The notes beneath the pieces are model-generated. The model was not told where the DNA came from and ran no database searches. It saw only the letters and a program-made list of their open reading frames with translations. From an uncultured delta proteobacterium (GTDB taxonomy: Bacteria > Desulfobacterota > Desulfobacteria > Desulfobacterales > UBA2156): 64,000 nucleotides of DNA. The stretch covers positions 320,001-384,000 of the forward strand of contig CAVTQK010000015.1 in the NCBI GenBank assembly GCA_963736855.1, given 5' to 3'. Every line of letters begins with the position of its first letter. Positions within the stretch are counted from its first letter, which is position 1. Shown here one piece after another: positions 10,419 through 21,081 of this stretch. A program made the position numbers and the translations under genes.

Positions 10419-11568
10419 CGGCAGGGGTCCCGGGCTTGAGTTCGAAATCGGGATTGGGGATGGAAAGTTTCACCATGAAGACGAGTTTGACCCGTTCCTT
10501 ATGTGTCTGGATGATTTTGGGGGTGAACTCGGCCTGGGGGGAAATGTAGGTTACCGTCCCGGAAAATACCCGGTCAGGAAAGGTATCCACCTTTACATCC
10601 GCCTTTTGCCCGGGCCGGATCTTGCCGATTTCCGTCTCGTCCACGAACACCTTCAGGTCCACCCGGGACAGATCGGCCACGGAAAAGACCTCCTGGCCGG
10701 GGGTTACCACCTCTCCGGGTTCGATGTTCCGGCTGATCACGATGCCGTCAAAAGGCGCCGTCAGTTCCGTGTACTTCAGTTGAACTTCGCCAAGCCTCAG
10801 CGCGGCTCGGGCCGCCTCGACCTGGGCGCTTGCCGCGTTCACTTCTTTTCCCAGGGCTTCGATCTTTGCCAGATTGCTTCGGGCAAGCTTCAACATCGCC
10901 TGACCCTCGGCAAGCCGGGATCTGGCGGCTTCGATCTCCTCGACCCGGAAACCCTCCTCGGCCTGTTTCAGCGATTCCCGGGCGCGCAGATGTTCTTTCA
11001 AAGCCGTTTCGAATCGCAGGGTTGCGATGTCCTTAGCGGACTCGGACACCGCCTTGCCTGAAAAGAGTATATCGTAGCGCTGTTTTTCCTTACGGGCCAG
11101 GTCCAGGCTTGCCTCCGCGGCTTCAACTGCCAGCCTGGCCTTTTCCACATCCTGGGTTCGATATCCGCTCTCGAGGGCCTTGAGATTCGCCGAAAGGGTG
11201 GTAACGCCGGCCTCGGCCCGTGCCACTTCCGCCGGCAGGACCTTTCGGTTGACGGCAAGTTCCACTTCAAGCCGTTCCCGATTCGATTCGGACCGGCGCA
11301 AGTCCGCGGCAGCCTGATCCTTCCGGGCCAGGAAATCGTCCGGATCGAGGGTTGCCATCGTCTGCCGGGAACGGACTGCCTGGCCTTCGTCCACCAAAAC
11401 CCGGGACACGCGGCCGCTGACCTGAAATCCGATGTCCGACGAAACGGCATCGAGTGTGCCCGAATAATACAGTTCCGCGGACCGACGTCGATACTGCCCC
11501 CAAAAGACCAGGGCTCCCACGCCGAACAGCAAAACCAAGAAAGCTCCCAGTATCACGCGTTTTTTCAA
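10402..11568 (-). CDS. HlyD/YbhG-family membrane fusion protein
   Basis: N-terminal TM, lipoyl-like half motifs, coiled coil, AEFTPKIIQT; probable TTG start at 11568 after AGGGGG. Confidence 0.92.
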   Translation of the reverse strand: MKKRVILGAFLVLLFGVGALVFWGQYRRRSAELYYSGTLDAVSSDIGFQVSGRVSRVLVDEGQAVRSRQTMATLDPDDFLARKDQAAADLRRSESNRERLEVELAVNRKVLPAEVARAEAGVTTLSANLKALESGYRTQDVEKARLAVEAAEASLDLARKEKQRYDILFSGKAVSESAKDIATLRFETALKEHLRARESLKQAEEGFRVEEIEAARSRLAEGQAMLKLARSNLAKIEALGKEVNAASAQVEAARAALRLGEVQLKYTELTAPFDGIVISRNIEPGEVVTPGQEVFSVADLSRVDLKVFVDETEIGKIRPGQKADVKVDTFPDRVFSGTVTYISPQAEFTPKIIQTHKERVKLVFMVKLSIPNPDFELKPGTPADAWFR

Positions 11569-11635
11569 GGCGCACCCCCTATGGATGGGAGGCAATGTAT
11601 CCTTTCCTTGTCTCGATTTCAAGAAGAGTCATTTT

Positions 11636-11826
11636 TGATGGTTTCGTAAAAAGCTTTTGCAAGCGAGATTTGAGCATTTTCGGAAAAAGAGATGCGAACG
11701 GCTGAGCGTTAATAATTTCAAGCTGTGTGAGGCGCTTGCGCCGAGTTCTTGAAATTTAGAGAAACCGTGAGCATCTCCCGAAAATGGTCACGAAGCGAGC
11801 AAAAATAGCTATTTACGATTTCATCA
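11636..11826. repeat. ~190 bp imperfect palindrome, MITE/REP-like
   Basis: Nested inverted arms: TGATGGTTTCGTAAAAAGCT/AGCTATTTACGATTTCATCA, CATTTTCGG/CCGAAAATG, GAGATGC/GCATCTC, AATTTCAAG/CTTGAAATT, GGCGC/GCGCC. Confidence 0.75.
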
Positions 11827-11937
11827 TTCTTCAAACCCCGGCTTTCCGTGTTGACGGTCATATCTTCCATTGATATGAAACCCGAGTCGGATTGTCTTGT
11901 TTTCGCAGTTTTCTTTAGCAAGAAAGACGGAAAGCAA

Positions 11938-12525
11938 ATGCTCAAAAACATGCTGAAACGGCTGGGCTGGCCTGCCGACCATATGTCCTTCAAACAGATC
12001 ACCCAGGAATTGTACCGACGCTGGTTTCAGGAACCCCCGGTTGATCTGCCGGGCAAAAGAACTCTGGGTGCGGCTTCTGCTGCGGGCATCGTCTTTGCTC
12101 TGGCAAGAGAAGGAAACCTTAAAGCCTTGTCCTGGGCAGAACCGAGTGCCGGCTTACCGGAAGACACCCCATTGCCTGAGGAAAAAACCCTTTTCTTTCG
12201 TGATTCAAAGTTTATACCCTATCCTCACACGGATCGTCGGAAAACGTCCCGGCTGCCTGGAAAAGACGTCGTCTGCTGGTCTATCCCTGAAAAAGAATGC
12301 GGTACCGGCTGGCTCGTGGATTACTCTTCCGGAGGTATTGCTTTCATCACCGAACAAGAGAGATCCCTCAGAGTCGGAACTGACCTTTTCGCCCAAATCC
12401 AGAGCCGTGCCAACAAGATCCTGGAACTTGGGTCTGGGACGGTGGTGCGCCTCGAGACGTTGACGCCCGATCTCTCCCTGGTCTGCCTTCGCCTCGGTGC
12501 CCAACAACATGGACAGATCCAATAA
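11938..12525 (+). CDS. PilZ-domain protein
   Basis: DRRKTSR (RxxxR) and DYSSGG (DxSxxG); start uncertain. Confidence 0.75.
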   Translation: MLKNMLKRLGWPADHMSFKQITQELYRRWFQEPPVDLPGKRTLGAASAAGIVFALAREGNLKALSWAEPSAGLPEDTPLPEEKTLFFRDSKFIPYPHTDRRKTSRLPGKDVVCWSIPEKECGTGWLVDYSSGGIAFITEQERSLRVGTDLFAQIQSRANKILELGSGTVVRLETLTPDLSLVCLRLGAQQHGQIQ

Positions 12526-12541
12526 TTTTTAAGGAATATCC

Positions 12542-13614
12542 TTGAGCGCGCATCGTTTTTCAACAAAGACCGAAAAGCCCCTTTCCTGGACCTTGATACT
12601 GGTCCTGTTCCTTTTTGCATGCGGGTTTGTGGTCCCGCCTGCCTGCACCGGTCAAATCTACCAATGGCAGGATGAGACTGGTGCGCGTCATTTTTCCGAC
12701 TGCCCTCCACTGGATGACCCGATCAAGGTTCTGGGAGATGAAAAAAGCACGAGTGAACCGTCTTCCGGATCTCCTTCTCTAAAGACTGAAAGCCATGCAG
12801 GGCGGGATGCTTCTCGTAAAGCAAAAGGCGTTTTCTGGAGGATCGAAAGATCCGGTTTGCGTCCCAGCTTTCTGATGGGGACCATCCATGTCGAAGATGA
12901 GCGGGTCTTGCAACTGCCACCGGCCGCCGAGGCGGCCTTCAACGCCGCCGACGCGCTGGTGCTGGAACTAATCCTCAACGAGGTCGCCGTTTTCAAGGCT
13001 GCCGCCGCCATGATCTATATGGACGGCACGGATCTAAAAGCGGTTCTCGGGGAAGATCTTTTTGCAAAAACCGCTGCGGCCATGAAAGACTATGGGCTGC
13101 CGGAAATCGCGCTGAGACGGATGAAGCCCTGGGCGGTCATGTCCGTCCTCACCGTGCCTAAGCCCAAAACCGGCAATTTCCTGGACCTTTCACTTTATCG
13201 CCGTGCGGTTCAATCCGGGAAAAGCGTTTACGGGCTTGAAACCGTGGAAGAGCAGGTCGGTGTCCTCGAATCTCTTCCCCTTAAAGACCAGATCGAAATC
13301 CTTCGGGAAACCCTCGATCAGTTCGAAGTTCTGCCCCGGGTGTTTTCCACCATGATCGAAATGTATCTTGCCGGCAATCTTGATGGACTTGCAGCGCTTT
13401 CGGAACGATTCATTCAGACTCAGGATCGGGGGTTGGTGAAGCGGTTCCTTTGGAGCGCCTCAACGATAACCGGAATCTGCGTATGGTGGAACGCCTGCAG
13501 ACCTACCTGGAACAGGGAAATGCGTTTGTGGCCGTCGGCGCCCTGCACCTTTCCGGAGAAAACGGCTTGCTGCGCCTGCTTGAAGCACGGGGTTACACGG
13601 TTCTTCCCGGATGA
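12542..13614 (+). CDS. DUF4124 + TraB/GumN-family protein, frameshifted near 13450
   Basis: Signal peptide, IYQWQDETGARHFSDCPP, SFLMGTIH, GLETVEEQ; the true C-terminus (RNLRMVE..AFVAVGALHLSGENGLLRLLEARGY) is in another frame ending at TGA 13614. Confidence 0.85.
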
Positions 13615-13632
13615 TTCAGGGCATATGGATAT

Positions 13633-13663
13633 AAAAAAAGCCGGTCGTTGGGACCGGCTTTTT
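13633..13663. terminator. Bidirectional rho-independent terminator
   Basis: A7-GCCGGTC-gttgg-GACCGGC-T5 between convergent genes. Confidence 0.85.
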
Positions 13664-13688
13664 GAATGCTTCTCTAAAACAGAGATCG

Positions 13689-15186
13689 TTAATTCACGAC
13701 CACAATCTTTCCGGCGTCCTGGCCGTCCGAATCGTTGTTCACCCGGTTTGCATCATCAAAGTCGAGGATCACCCCTAAATAATGTGTTCCGGGAGCGACA
13801 CTCTCAGGGATGCTCACCAGGGGCACCGTCACCTCCACGGAAGACAACGGAACAAAAGAGGCCACGAAGGTGTGTCGCTGGATCAGGGTATCCGAGGCAG
13901 AGATGTTTTCATTGTTCGATAGATAGACATTGGCATTCACGGTCCCGCTCCAGGCGGCCGACGACGTGTTGTGGGCCAGATAGGTCATTTCCATCTGTCG
14001 GCCGTCGGAAGCTCCGATCGCCTTGGCAGAGACATAAACCGGGGTCAGATCCACACTTGCCGGAGCCGAAGCGCCGGTCCAGCTTCTGATTGCGTTGAAC
14101 TGACCCTCATCCATCGTTGCACAGCCGGTAATTGTCTGGCGATCGCTGATGGATAAGATGGCATAAACAATCCTTGCACCAGTGTCGGTGTAATAAACAT
14201 ATTCGCTGCTGCCGCTGTGTCCGCCATAACTGGGCTTCAGAAAATACACCTGCTTGGGTAAATCGCTGTAATAGCCGTCATTATAGCCATACCGATAAAA
14301 CAGTGTGTTTCCGGTAAAACCATAGGCCGCCTCTGCAGGATATCCTCCGTTATTCCAAAGGGTACCTAGGTAAAAGTTTTGATCCGTGGTGTATCCGAAT
14401 CCATGCCACCCGGTTGCAGAGCCGATGGGCCGATCCAGGGCGATAACACCTATGTCCCAGTTGAAATCCCCATAGGTGATCCACCCCACGAAAGACAGAA
14501 ATGTTCCAGAAGCCGCCGATCCGTAAGGCGCCCAGTTATCCCGGTAGCCCGGGGTTACCACGATCTGACTGGCCCAGGCTCCCCCGCTTCCGTTATTAAC
14601 GCAATGACCTGCAGTAATGGCATAAGACGGCTGAATCAACGTCCCGGAGCATACATAGTTTCCATTCGGGAAGGTCATGAACAGCTTGGTCAGAACACTC
14701 CAGGGGTATTGCTCGGTATTTCCAACCGCTACAATGTCGGTAAATGATTCCAGGGAATTCTGCAATCGACTTTCGGCATCTGTACCGAGCGATTGATAAC
14801 GCCCGATGCCGGCGACGGTGTGCATCAGCGAGCCGACCGATCCGGAAACGGCTGCAGGATTCAAAACCGTTTCTTTACCGGTCTTGGGGTCGTAGGAAAC
14901 GATCTGCTTCAACAGTTCTGGGATCGACCCCTTGGGCGGCAGCGGGTTGTTTTGTCGGAAAGGGTATCGGCATGGGAAGGTAGCCGGAAAGGTCTTTAGG
15001 GAGGGGATTGACATTCCGCATCGCGCCTTCGTTTCGGGATGAGACTCCGGCAACCACCGTATCATCCACCACCGATGCCACCACCGGAACGACCCGAAGA
15101 ACCTCTGCGGCAGGCAGCGCATTTGGAAGAATCAGACCTGCCAGCAACAAGGGCAATAGACCCACAATACATGATTTCCGAACCAT
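13689..15186 (-). CDS. Secreted V8/glutamyl-endopeptidase-like serine protease with C-terminal Ig/CARDB-like domain, frameshifted near 14921
   Basis: Signal peptide in ORF 14875-15186; CSGTLI..TAGHCV, WDIGVI, GGHSGS triad motifs in ORF 13689-15122. Confidence 0.85.
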
Positions 15187-15244
15187 AATATCCTCCTTCC
15201 TTTGTCTTTTCAGGGTGCTCAGATGAACGGGTAGCGGTCTTGTC

Positions 15245-15625
15245 CTATTGGGTTGACCCGGGACCCTTCTCTTTTTGCTCTTGTGTCGATGTTTCCTGCG
15301 GTGAAGCAGTAGGTTTTGAAAGCTCTTGGGGATTCTCGCCCGTTTTAACAGGGGGGTTTGCCATTGGATTCGGGATCGGCATGGGTTTATAATCCTGGGG
15401 GTTGATGGGCAGTTTCTGGTCTTTTTCGTCTGCCAATACCCCGGTCCCGGTTCCTCCCTGGGTGACCGTGCCCGATGGCTGACCCGATTGGGTCCCCGCG
15501 TCCTTTTGGGATTGGGAACACCCGGTTGACGCCATCACGCCAAGGATTAGAAAATAGGTTAGAAGACCTGTCATCAAGGGGCTGAAGAAAAAAAGCAAAT
15601 GTCTTCTCCTGGAAGTGTTGTCCAT
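15245..15625 (-). CDS. Small Pro/Gln/Thr-rich putative lipoprotein
   Basis: Basic N-terminus, hydrophobic stretch, lipobox-like STGC; shares a motif with the downstream protease. Confidence 0.7.
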   Translation of the reverse strand: MDNTSRRRHLLFFFSPLMTGLLTYFLILGVMASTGCSQSQKDAGTQSGQPSGTVTQGGTGTGVLADEKDQKLPINPQDYKPMPIPNPMANPPVKTGENPQELSKPTASPQETSTQEQKEKGPGSTQ

Positions 15626-15990
15626 GGGAAATCATCCTTTCGGGAAAGATTTTGCCGGTTTGCGGCTTCCAACTAAAATTAACTTGCAGGTATCAATGTA
15701 ATTTTTTACTTTAACAGGTCGGAATTGTCAAGAAAAATGACACGTCCTATAAAAAAAGCATTCTCCCTGGAAAAACCAGCGACGTATCGGCTCATTCAGG
15801 GCTTGAAACATACGACGCACATGGATAAGAATAAAGCGTAGATACTTCTGTTGCCGGTGCATTAAGATTTCAATCTCCAAGTTGCCATAAAGGTGAAATC
15901 GGAAAAAGGCGGAGAAAAATCAGCATCCAGTTTCCGAAGCAAGAATAACAAAATGTCTAAAATCTCTTCAGCCATGGAAAGGACGGCCCA

Positions 15991-17333
15991 GTGAAGCCCA
16001 TCGTCGCCATCGTCGGGCGTCCCAACGTGGGAAAATCCACGTTGTTCAACCGGATCACCCATAAACGGGACGCCCTGGTGGATGGCATTCCCGGTGTCAC
16101 CCGGGACCGGCACTACGCGGATGCGGCGTACGACGAACGGGAATTCACTCTGGTCGATACCGGCGGTTTCACGGACGCGGATGCAGAGGGGTTTGCCGCC
16201 GACATCGTCGAACAGATCGCGGCGGCGGTGCAGGAAGCCGATGTGGTCATCCTGGTGCTGGATGGGAAAGGAGGCATATCCCCTTTTGACCATGACGTGG
16301 TGCGTTTCCTGCGACCGGCACAAAAACCGCTCCTTTTTGCCGTCAATAAGATCGACGGCCCTGACCAGGAAGACCGGCTCCACGATTTCCACGCCCTTGG
16401 AGCCGACACCCTTTTTCTCTTTCGGCCGAACATGGATACGGCATCCACGATTTCATGGACCGCCTCATCTTGGAGCTGGATCGGATCGAGACCAAGCCCG
16501 AACCGGATTTCCCGGAAGCACCCATCAAACTAGCCGTAGTGGGAAAACCCAACGTGGGAAAATCCTCACTCATCAACCGGCTTCTCGGAGAAGACCGTTT
16601 GCTCGTCAGAGACACGCCGGGAACCACGCGGGATGCCATCGACTCCTTGCTTCGAATAAATGAAAAAGCGTATTTGTTCATCGACACGGCCGGAATCCGC
16701 CGCAAGTCAAAAGTCGACGACAAGCTGGAAAAGTTTTCCGTGATCAAGGCGCTCAGAAGCCTTGAACGGTGCGATGTGGCCCTGGTGATGCTGGATGCCG
16801 AAGAAGGGGTGACCGATCAGGACATTCGGATCGCCGGATATGCCCATGAACGGGGATGCGCCATCCTTTTGCTTTTCAACAAATTCGACCGGGTTCAAAA
16901 GGACACCGGATCGGCCCGGAAACTGGTCCAACGCCTCCGTTCAGAGACCAAGTTTTTAGGTTTTGCACCGATTTTATCGGTTTCAGCCAAAACCGGTTTC
17001 CGGGTCAAACGGATCTTCGATATGGTCGATGAAATCTATCGGCAATATTCCCTCCGCACCGGAACCGGAACGGTCAATCAGATTTTCCAGGAAGCGGTTG
17101 AAAGAAAGGAACCGCCGCTTCATCAGGGCCGACGAATCCGGTTTTATTACGCCACCCAGGTATCCACCAAACCCCCCACATTCGTTGTTTTTGTCAACTA
17201 TCCCGAGGCGGTCCACTTCTCCTATAAGCGATATCTCATCAACCGGATCCGGGACAGGAGCCGGCTCGATAAAACCCCCATCCGCATCCTGTTCAGGAAG
17301 CGCACCGGAAAAAAACGCCGTGGATCTGTTTGA
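15991..17333 (+). CDS. der: Ribosome biogenesis GTPase Der, frameshifted near 16417
   Basis: Two G domains (GRPNVGKS, DTGG, NKID; GKPNVGKS, DTAG, NKFD) plus KH-like C-terminus; adding one base restores ..LSAEHGYG. Confidence 0.95.
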
Positions 17334-18687
17334 CATCCAAAAGGAACGGGAATCCCCGGATCATGTCCCTTTGGCGGAACGGATGCGGCCGAAAAGCCTC
17401 GATGAACTCATGGGGCAGGATCACGTGACAGGATCCGGAGGATTGATCCGGCAGGCCGTCGAGAAGGACCGGATCTTTTCCATGATCCTGTGGGGGCCCC
17501 CCGGATGCGGCAAAACCACCCTGGCCAGAATCATCGCCCGTCAGACGCGCTCCCATTTCCTCCAGTTTTCGGCCGTCCTCTCCGGCGTCAAGGAGATCCG
17601 TGCGGTAATTGACGAGGCGCGGGTCCAGCGACTTTCCGGAAAAAAAACCATCCTTTTCGTCGATGAGATCCACCGATTCAATAAGGCTCAACAGGACGCC
17701 TTTTTACATCACGTGGAAAGCGGGCTGATTACCCTGATCGGCGCCACCACGGAAAATCCGTCCTTCGAGGTGATTCCTCCTCTGCTTTCCCGGTGCCGGG
17801 TCATCACCCTCAAGGCCCTCTCTGAGGAAGCCATCGGCCGGATCATCGACCGAGCTCTTTCCGATGATCATGCGGTCCTTGCAAAAATAGGCATACTTTT
17901 GGAACCGGAAGCCCGCAATCATCTGATCCGCATCGCCGACGGGGATGCCCGTTCAGCCCTCAACGGCCTGGAGCTGGCCGCATCGGTGGTCTTTCCTCAA
18001 ACCCAGGGTTTAAAGACCGAAAATAGGATCATAATCCGCATCGAAGACCTGGAACAGGCTCTCCAGAAAAAGGCTTTATTATACGACAAGAGCGGGGAGG
18101 AACATTACAACCTGATATCGGCCTTGCACAAAAGTTTAAGAGGAAGCGACCCGGATGCGGCCATTTACTGGCTGGCCCGCATGTTGGCCGCAGGGGAAGA
18201 CCCGCTTTACGTCGCCCGAAGAATGATCCGATTTGCGGCAGAGGATATCGGCTGTGCCGATCCCCAGGCCCTGACCCTTGCCGTGAATGCTATGGAGGCA
18301 TTCAAGTGCATCGGACCTCCGGAAGGAGAGCTGGCGTTGGTCGAAGCCGCTGTTTATCTGGCCACAGCTCCAAAAAGCAACAGTCTTTATACCGCCTACT
18401 CAAAAGCCCGGAAGGCTATTCAGGAGACCGGCGCTCTGCAGGTCCCCCTTCACATCCGGAACGCCCCCACACCCCTCATGGAGGCCTTAGGGTATGGAAA
18501 AGGGTATCGGTACGCCCATGACTTTGAAAACGCCGTTGTCGACCAGAATTATCTTCCGGATTTACTCAAGGGGAGACGTTTCTACCATCCTACGGGGAGA
18601 GGACACGAGGCGACCATCCAGAAACGCCTGGAAACGTGGCAGGCTCTTTTGAAAACCGGGCAAAAGGAGCCCAAAGAAAACTCCTAG
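17320..18687 (+). CDS. rarA: Replication-associated recombination protein A
   Basis: [40 protein letters not shown]; probable GTG start 17320. Confidence 0.95.
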   Translation: MDLFDIQKERESPDHVPLAERMRPKSLDELMGQDHVTGSGGLIRQAVEKDRIFSMILWGPPGCGKTTLARIIARQTRSHFLQFSAVLSGVKEIRAVIDEARVQRLSGKKTILFVDEIHRFNKAQQDAFLHHVESGLITLIGATTENPSFEVIPPLLSRCRVITLKALSEEAIGRIIDRALSDDHAVLAKIGILLEPEARNHLIRIADGDARSALNGLELAASVVFPQTQGLKTENRIIIRIEDLEQALQKKALLYDKSGEEHYNLISALHKSLRGSDPDAAIYWLARMLAAGEDPLYVARRMIRFAAEDIGCADPQALTLAVNAMEAFKCIGPPEGELALVEAAVYLATAPKSNSLYTAYSKARKAIQETGALQVPLHIRNAPTPLMEALGYGKGYRYAHDFENAVVDQNYLPDLLKGRRFYHPTGRGHEATIQKRLETWQALLKTGQKEPKENS

Positions 18688-18691
18688 CGTT

Positions 18692-19477
18692 TCAACCCGG
18701 ATCCTGGGTATCAAAGACAAATCTGCATAGTGGCCCTTTCCGGACGGAAGGACCTTCCGGATAAAAAGTCTGTTCCACGAAAACAACTCGGCCGACATGC
18801 TCTACCAGGACGACCGTGGAGGAGCGTGTCCCGTAAGTGGGGCTTTGGATGAAGATGGGTGAAAGGATCCGTTCCCATTCAAGACCGGCCCCGGTATCCG
18901 GAAGATCGGCATCCGGTGGTTGCTCACGATCCTGAAGAACCCAAAACAGCCTTTTTTCCATTCCTTCCTCGCCGCCGCCGATCGCTTCGCCGAACAGGCG
19001 GATGCCTCGGCTTACTTTGGGCCAGGGAGTGTCAAGGAGTCGATTACTTAAACCATGGATCCCGGGGGAGATCTGTCGGATGCCGTCGCCCCGGCTGGAA
19101 AAACAGAAAAGACCGTAGCTGTCGCCCGTAATCAGATTGAAGGCGTTGTAGGCATCTTTATTCTTTGCCACGCGTCGGAGGTAGGTTTCGGCGGACGAAT
19201 TTTCAAATAAAAACCGGCTGACCAGCATTCCCCGGGATTTCGCCTCGATGCAAAACGATTTTGGATCCCGGTAATTGGTCACGGCGGCAAGGCGTCCCTT
19301 ACGGGTCATTCCAAGCCAAGTCCCTCCCAACTTCAAGTCGCGCCCGGCCAGAATATAGGGGGCTTCTTCCCAGAAGACCGCTGCTTTCGTAGGGCGGTCG
19401 TAGAACTCGTCCCGGTTGGCCGCAAGGATCAGCCGATATCTAGGATGGGCCTTATATGCCAGCAGGATCAGACACAT
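18692..19477 (-). CDS. NRDE/TANGO2-family protein
   Basis: MCL N-terminus, ANRDEFY, GGTWLG, YGTRSST. Confidence 0.95.
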   Translation of the reverse strand: MCLILLAYKAHPRYRLILAANRDEFYDRPTKAAVFWEEAPYILAGRDLKLGGTWLGMTRKGRLAAVTNYRDPKSFCIEAKSRGMLVSRFLFENSSAETYLRRVAKNKDAYNAFNLITGDSYGLFCFSSRGDGIRQISPGIHGLSNRLLDTPWPKVSRGIRLFGEAIGGGEEGMEKRLFWVLQDREQPPDADLPDTGAGLEWERILSPIFIQSPTYGTRSSTVVLVEHVGRVVFVEQTFYPEGPSVRKGPLCRFVFDTQDPG

Positions 19478-19480
19478 GGA

Positions 19481-20344
19481 TTATCCGTCATGTGCGTCCG
19501 GATTTTTTGCCTCTATGGCATTATAAATATTAATAAATTCATATAGTTCAATGGTTTCCGCCCGACGTTTCGGATCGATTCCGGCACGATCCAGGATCTG
19601 TCCGGCCATTTCCGCGTTCAAGCCCAGGCCGCCCTGGGACAGGGCGTTTTTCAGGGTCTTGCGCCGCTTTCCAAAGGCCGCCTGGACGATTTTAAAAAAC
19701 TGCCTTTCTGCCTCGGGTTCAAGCGGGGTTTCTTCATGAAAAACGATCTCCACAACCCGGGAATCCACCCTGGGCCTTGGGAAAAAAAGGGAGGAAGAAA
19801 CATCGAGCAACCCCCTGACCCTTGCGCAATACTGGATCAGGACCGAGAGCCTCCCCCGTGTTTTTTTACCCGGCAATGCCGTGATCCGGTCGGCGACTTC
19901 CTTCTGGAGCATCAAGACGGCCCTTGAAATTCCCTTTCTAACACCAACGAGTCGTACAAGGATCGAACTCGAGATGTTGTAGGGAAGGTTTCCCAGGACC
20001 ACCAGCTTTTCCCCGGCCGCATCGGCGAATTTTAAAATATCCAACTTCAGGATGTTTTCTTCAACAATTGTGACGTTGGTGAATCCATGAGATGATATTT
20101 CGGCTTTAAGCAGGTCGATCAGCCGTCGATCCGTTTCCACTGCGATCAACCGCCCGGCACGTCCGGCAGCCGGAACCGTCAATGCTCCCAGGCCGGATCC
20201 GATTTCCAGAACCGTGTCACCGGTTCCGATTTCAGACAGCAAAACAATCCGCTCCGCCGCTTTCGGATCGGTCAGGAAATGTTGTCCGAGCGTTTTTTTC
20301 GCCCGGATATTTTGGGTGTGGAGCAATGTCCTGGGTGAGGTCAT
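19481..20344 (-). CDS. rsmA: 16S rRNA adenine dimethyltransferase
   Basis: KKTLGQHFL, LEIGSGLG, NLPYNISS, FFPRPRVDS, RRAE; probable start 20344. Confidence 0.95.
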   Translation of the reverse strand: MTSPRTLLHTQNIRAKKTLGQHFLTDPKAAERIVLLSEIGTGDTVLEIGSGLGALTVPAAGRAGRLIAVETDRRLIDLLKAEISSHGFTNVTIVEENILKLDILKFADAAGEKLVVLGNLPYNISSSILVRLVGVRKGISRAVLMLQKEVADRITALPGKKTRGRLSVLIQYCARVRGLLDVSSSLFFPRPRVDSRVVEIVFHEETPLEPEAERQFFKIVQAAFGKRRKTLKNALSQGGLGLNAEMAGQILDRAGIDPKRRAETIELYEFINIYNAIEAKNPDAHDG

Positions 20345-20583
20345 AGATGATAAAGTCCTTTGAGCATTCACCATAAAAAGCGCTGCTTTGCATGTCAAGA
20401 AAATTGAGTTTTTTTCACAGGTTGGGAAATAGCAGGATCTGCACCTGAATTGTTTAATTCCAGATGTCATCCTCGCCAGGTTTTTCCAAAATACTTGAAA
20501 TGTATAATTTTATATGTTAGCCAAAGACCTTTTGACTTTTCATGCCCATCATTTGACACTCCGCGCGAAAGGATGCGACCCCG

Positions 20584-21018
20584 ATGACGGCGAAAAAAGA
20601 ACTGCAACTGGCATACGGGATAGGCATTGTCTTCCTGGTCATAGGGATCCTCAGTTATGCCGCCTTTTCCGCCAAACCGCCAGAGGAGCCGGTTCGAATC
20701 ATGTTCAAGGTCACGGCCGGCAAGGTCTTTTTCACCCATAAGACTCATACGGCTGAAGGCGGATATGGGATAGACTGTTTCACCTGCCACCATCACCCGG
20801 AAGGTGACGATGCGGCACTAAGGGCCTGTGGCGACTGCCACAGTCCGTCGGAAGAAAGAAAAACCGCATCCGCAAGCTGCCGGGAATGTCACGATGAAGG
20901 AGAACTGGACAGCGAGGAGACTCCGAAGCGTGCCGATGCCTTCCATGATCAGTGCACCGGATGTCATAAGGAAAAAGATGCGGGCCCCAAAGAATGCTCG
21001 GAATGCCATGTCCTGTAA
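20584..21018 (+). CDS. Membrane-anchored multiheme cytochrome c3 (5 CxxCH)
   Basis: N-terminal TM; CFTCH, CGDCH, CRECH, CTGCH, CSECH; VFFTHKTH. Confidence 0.92.
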   Translation: MTAKKELQLAYGIGIVFLVIGILSYAAFSAKPPEEPVRIMFKVTAGKVFFTHKTHTAEGGYGIDCFTCHHHPEGDDAALRACGDCHSPSEERKTASASCRECHDEGELDSEETPKRADAFHDQCTGCHKEKDAGPKECSECHVL

Positions 21019-21081
21019 GGACCGAATGGATTCAACAGCGATGCCCATGAAGACCGAAGGGAAGAACCGAAGGAGTCATCC

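Noticed and set aside
13450..14089. Long C-terminal extension of the 515-aa ORF overlapping the protease
   Set aside because: Frameshift artefact; the real GumN C-terminus is in another frame and ends at 13614.
16400..16460. Programmed frameshift or split der
   Set aside because: No slippery heptamer or stimulatory structure seen; a single-base assembly error is more likely.
16963..17319. N-terminal extension of RarA
   Set aside because: Overlaps der in another frame; RarA similarity begins near GTG 17320.
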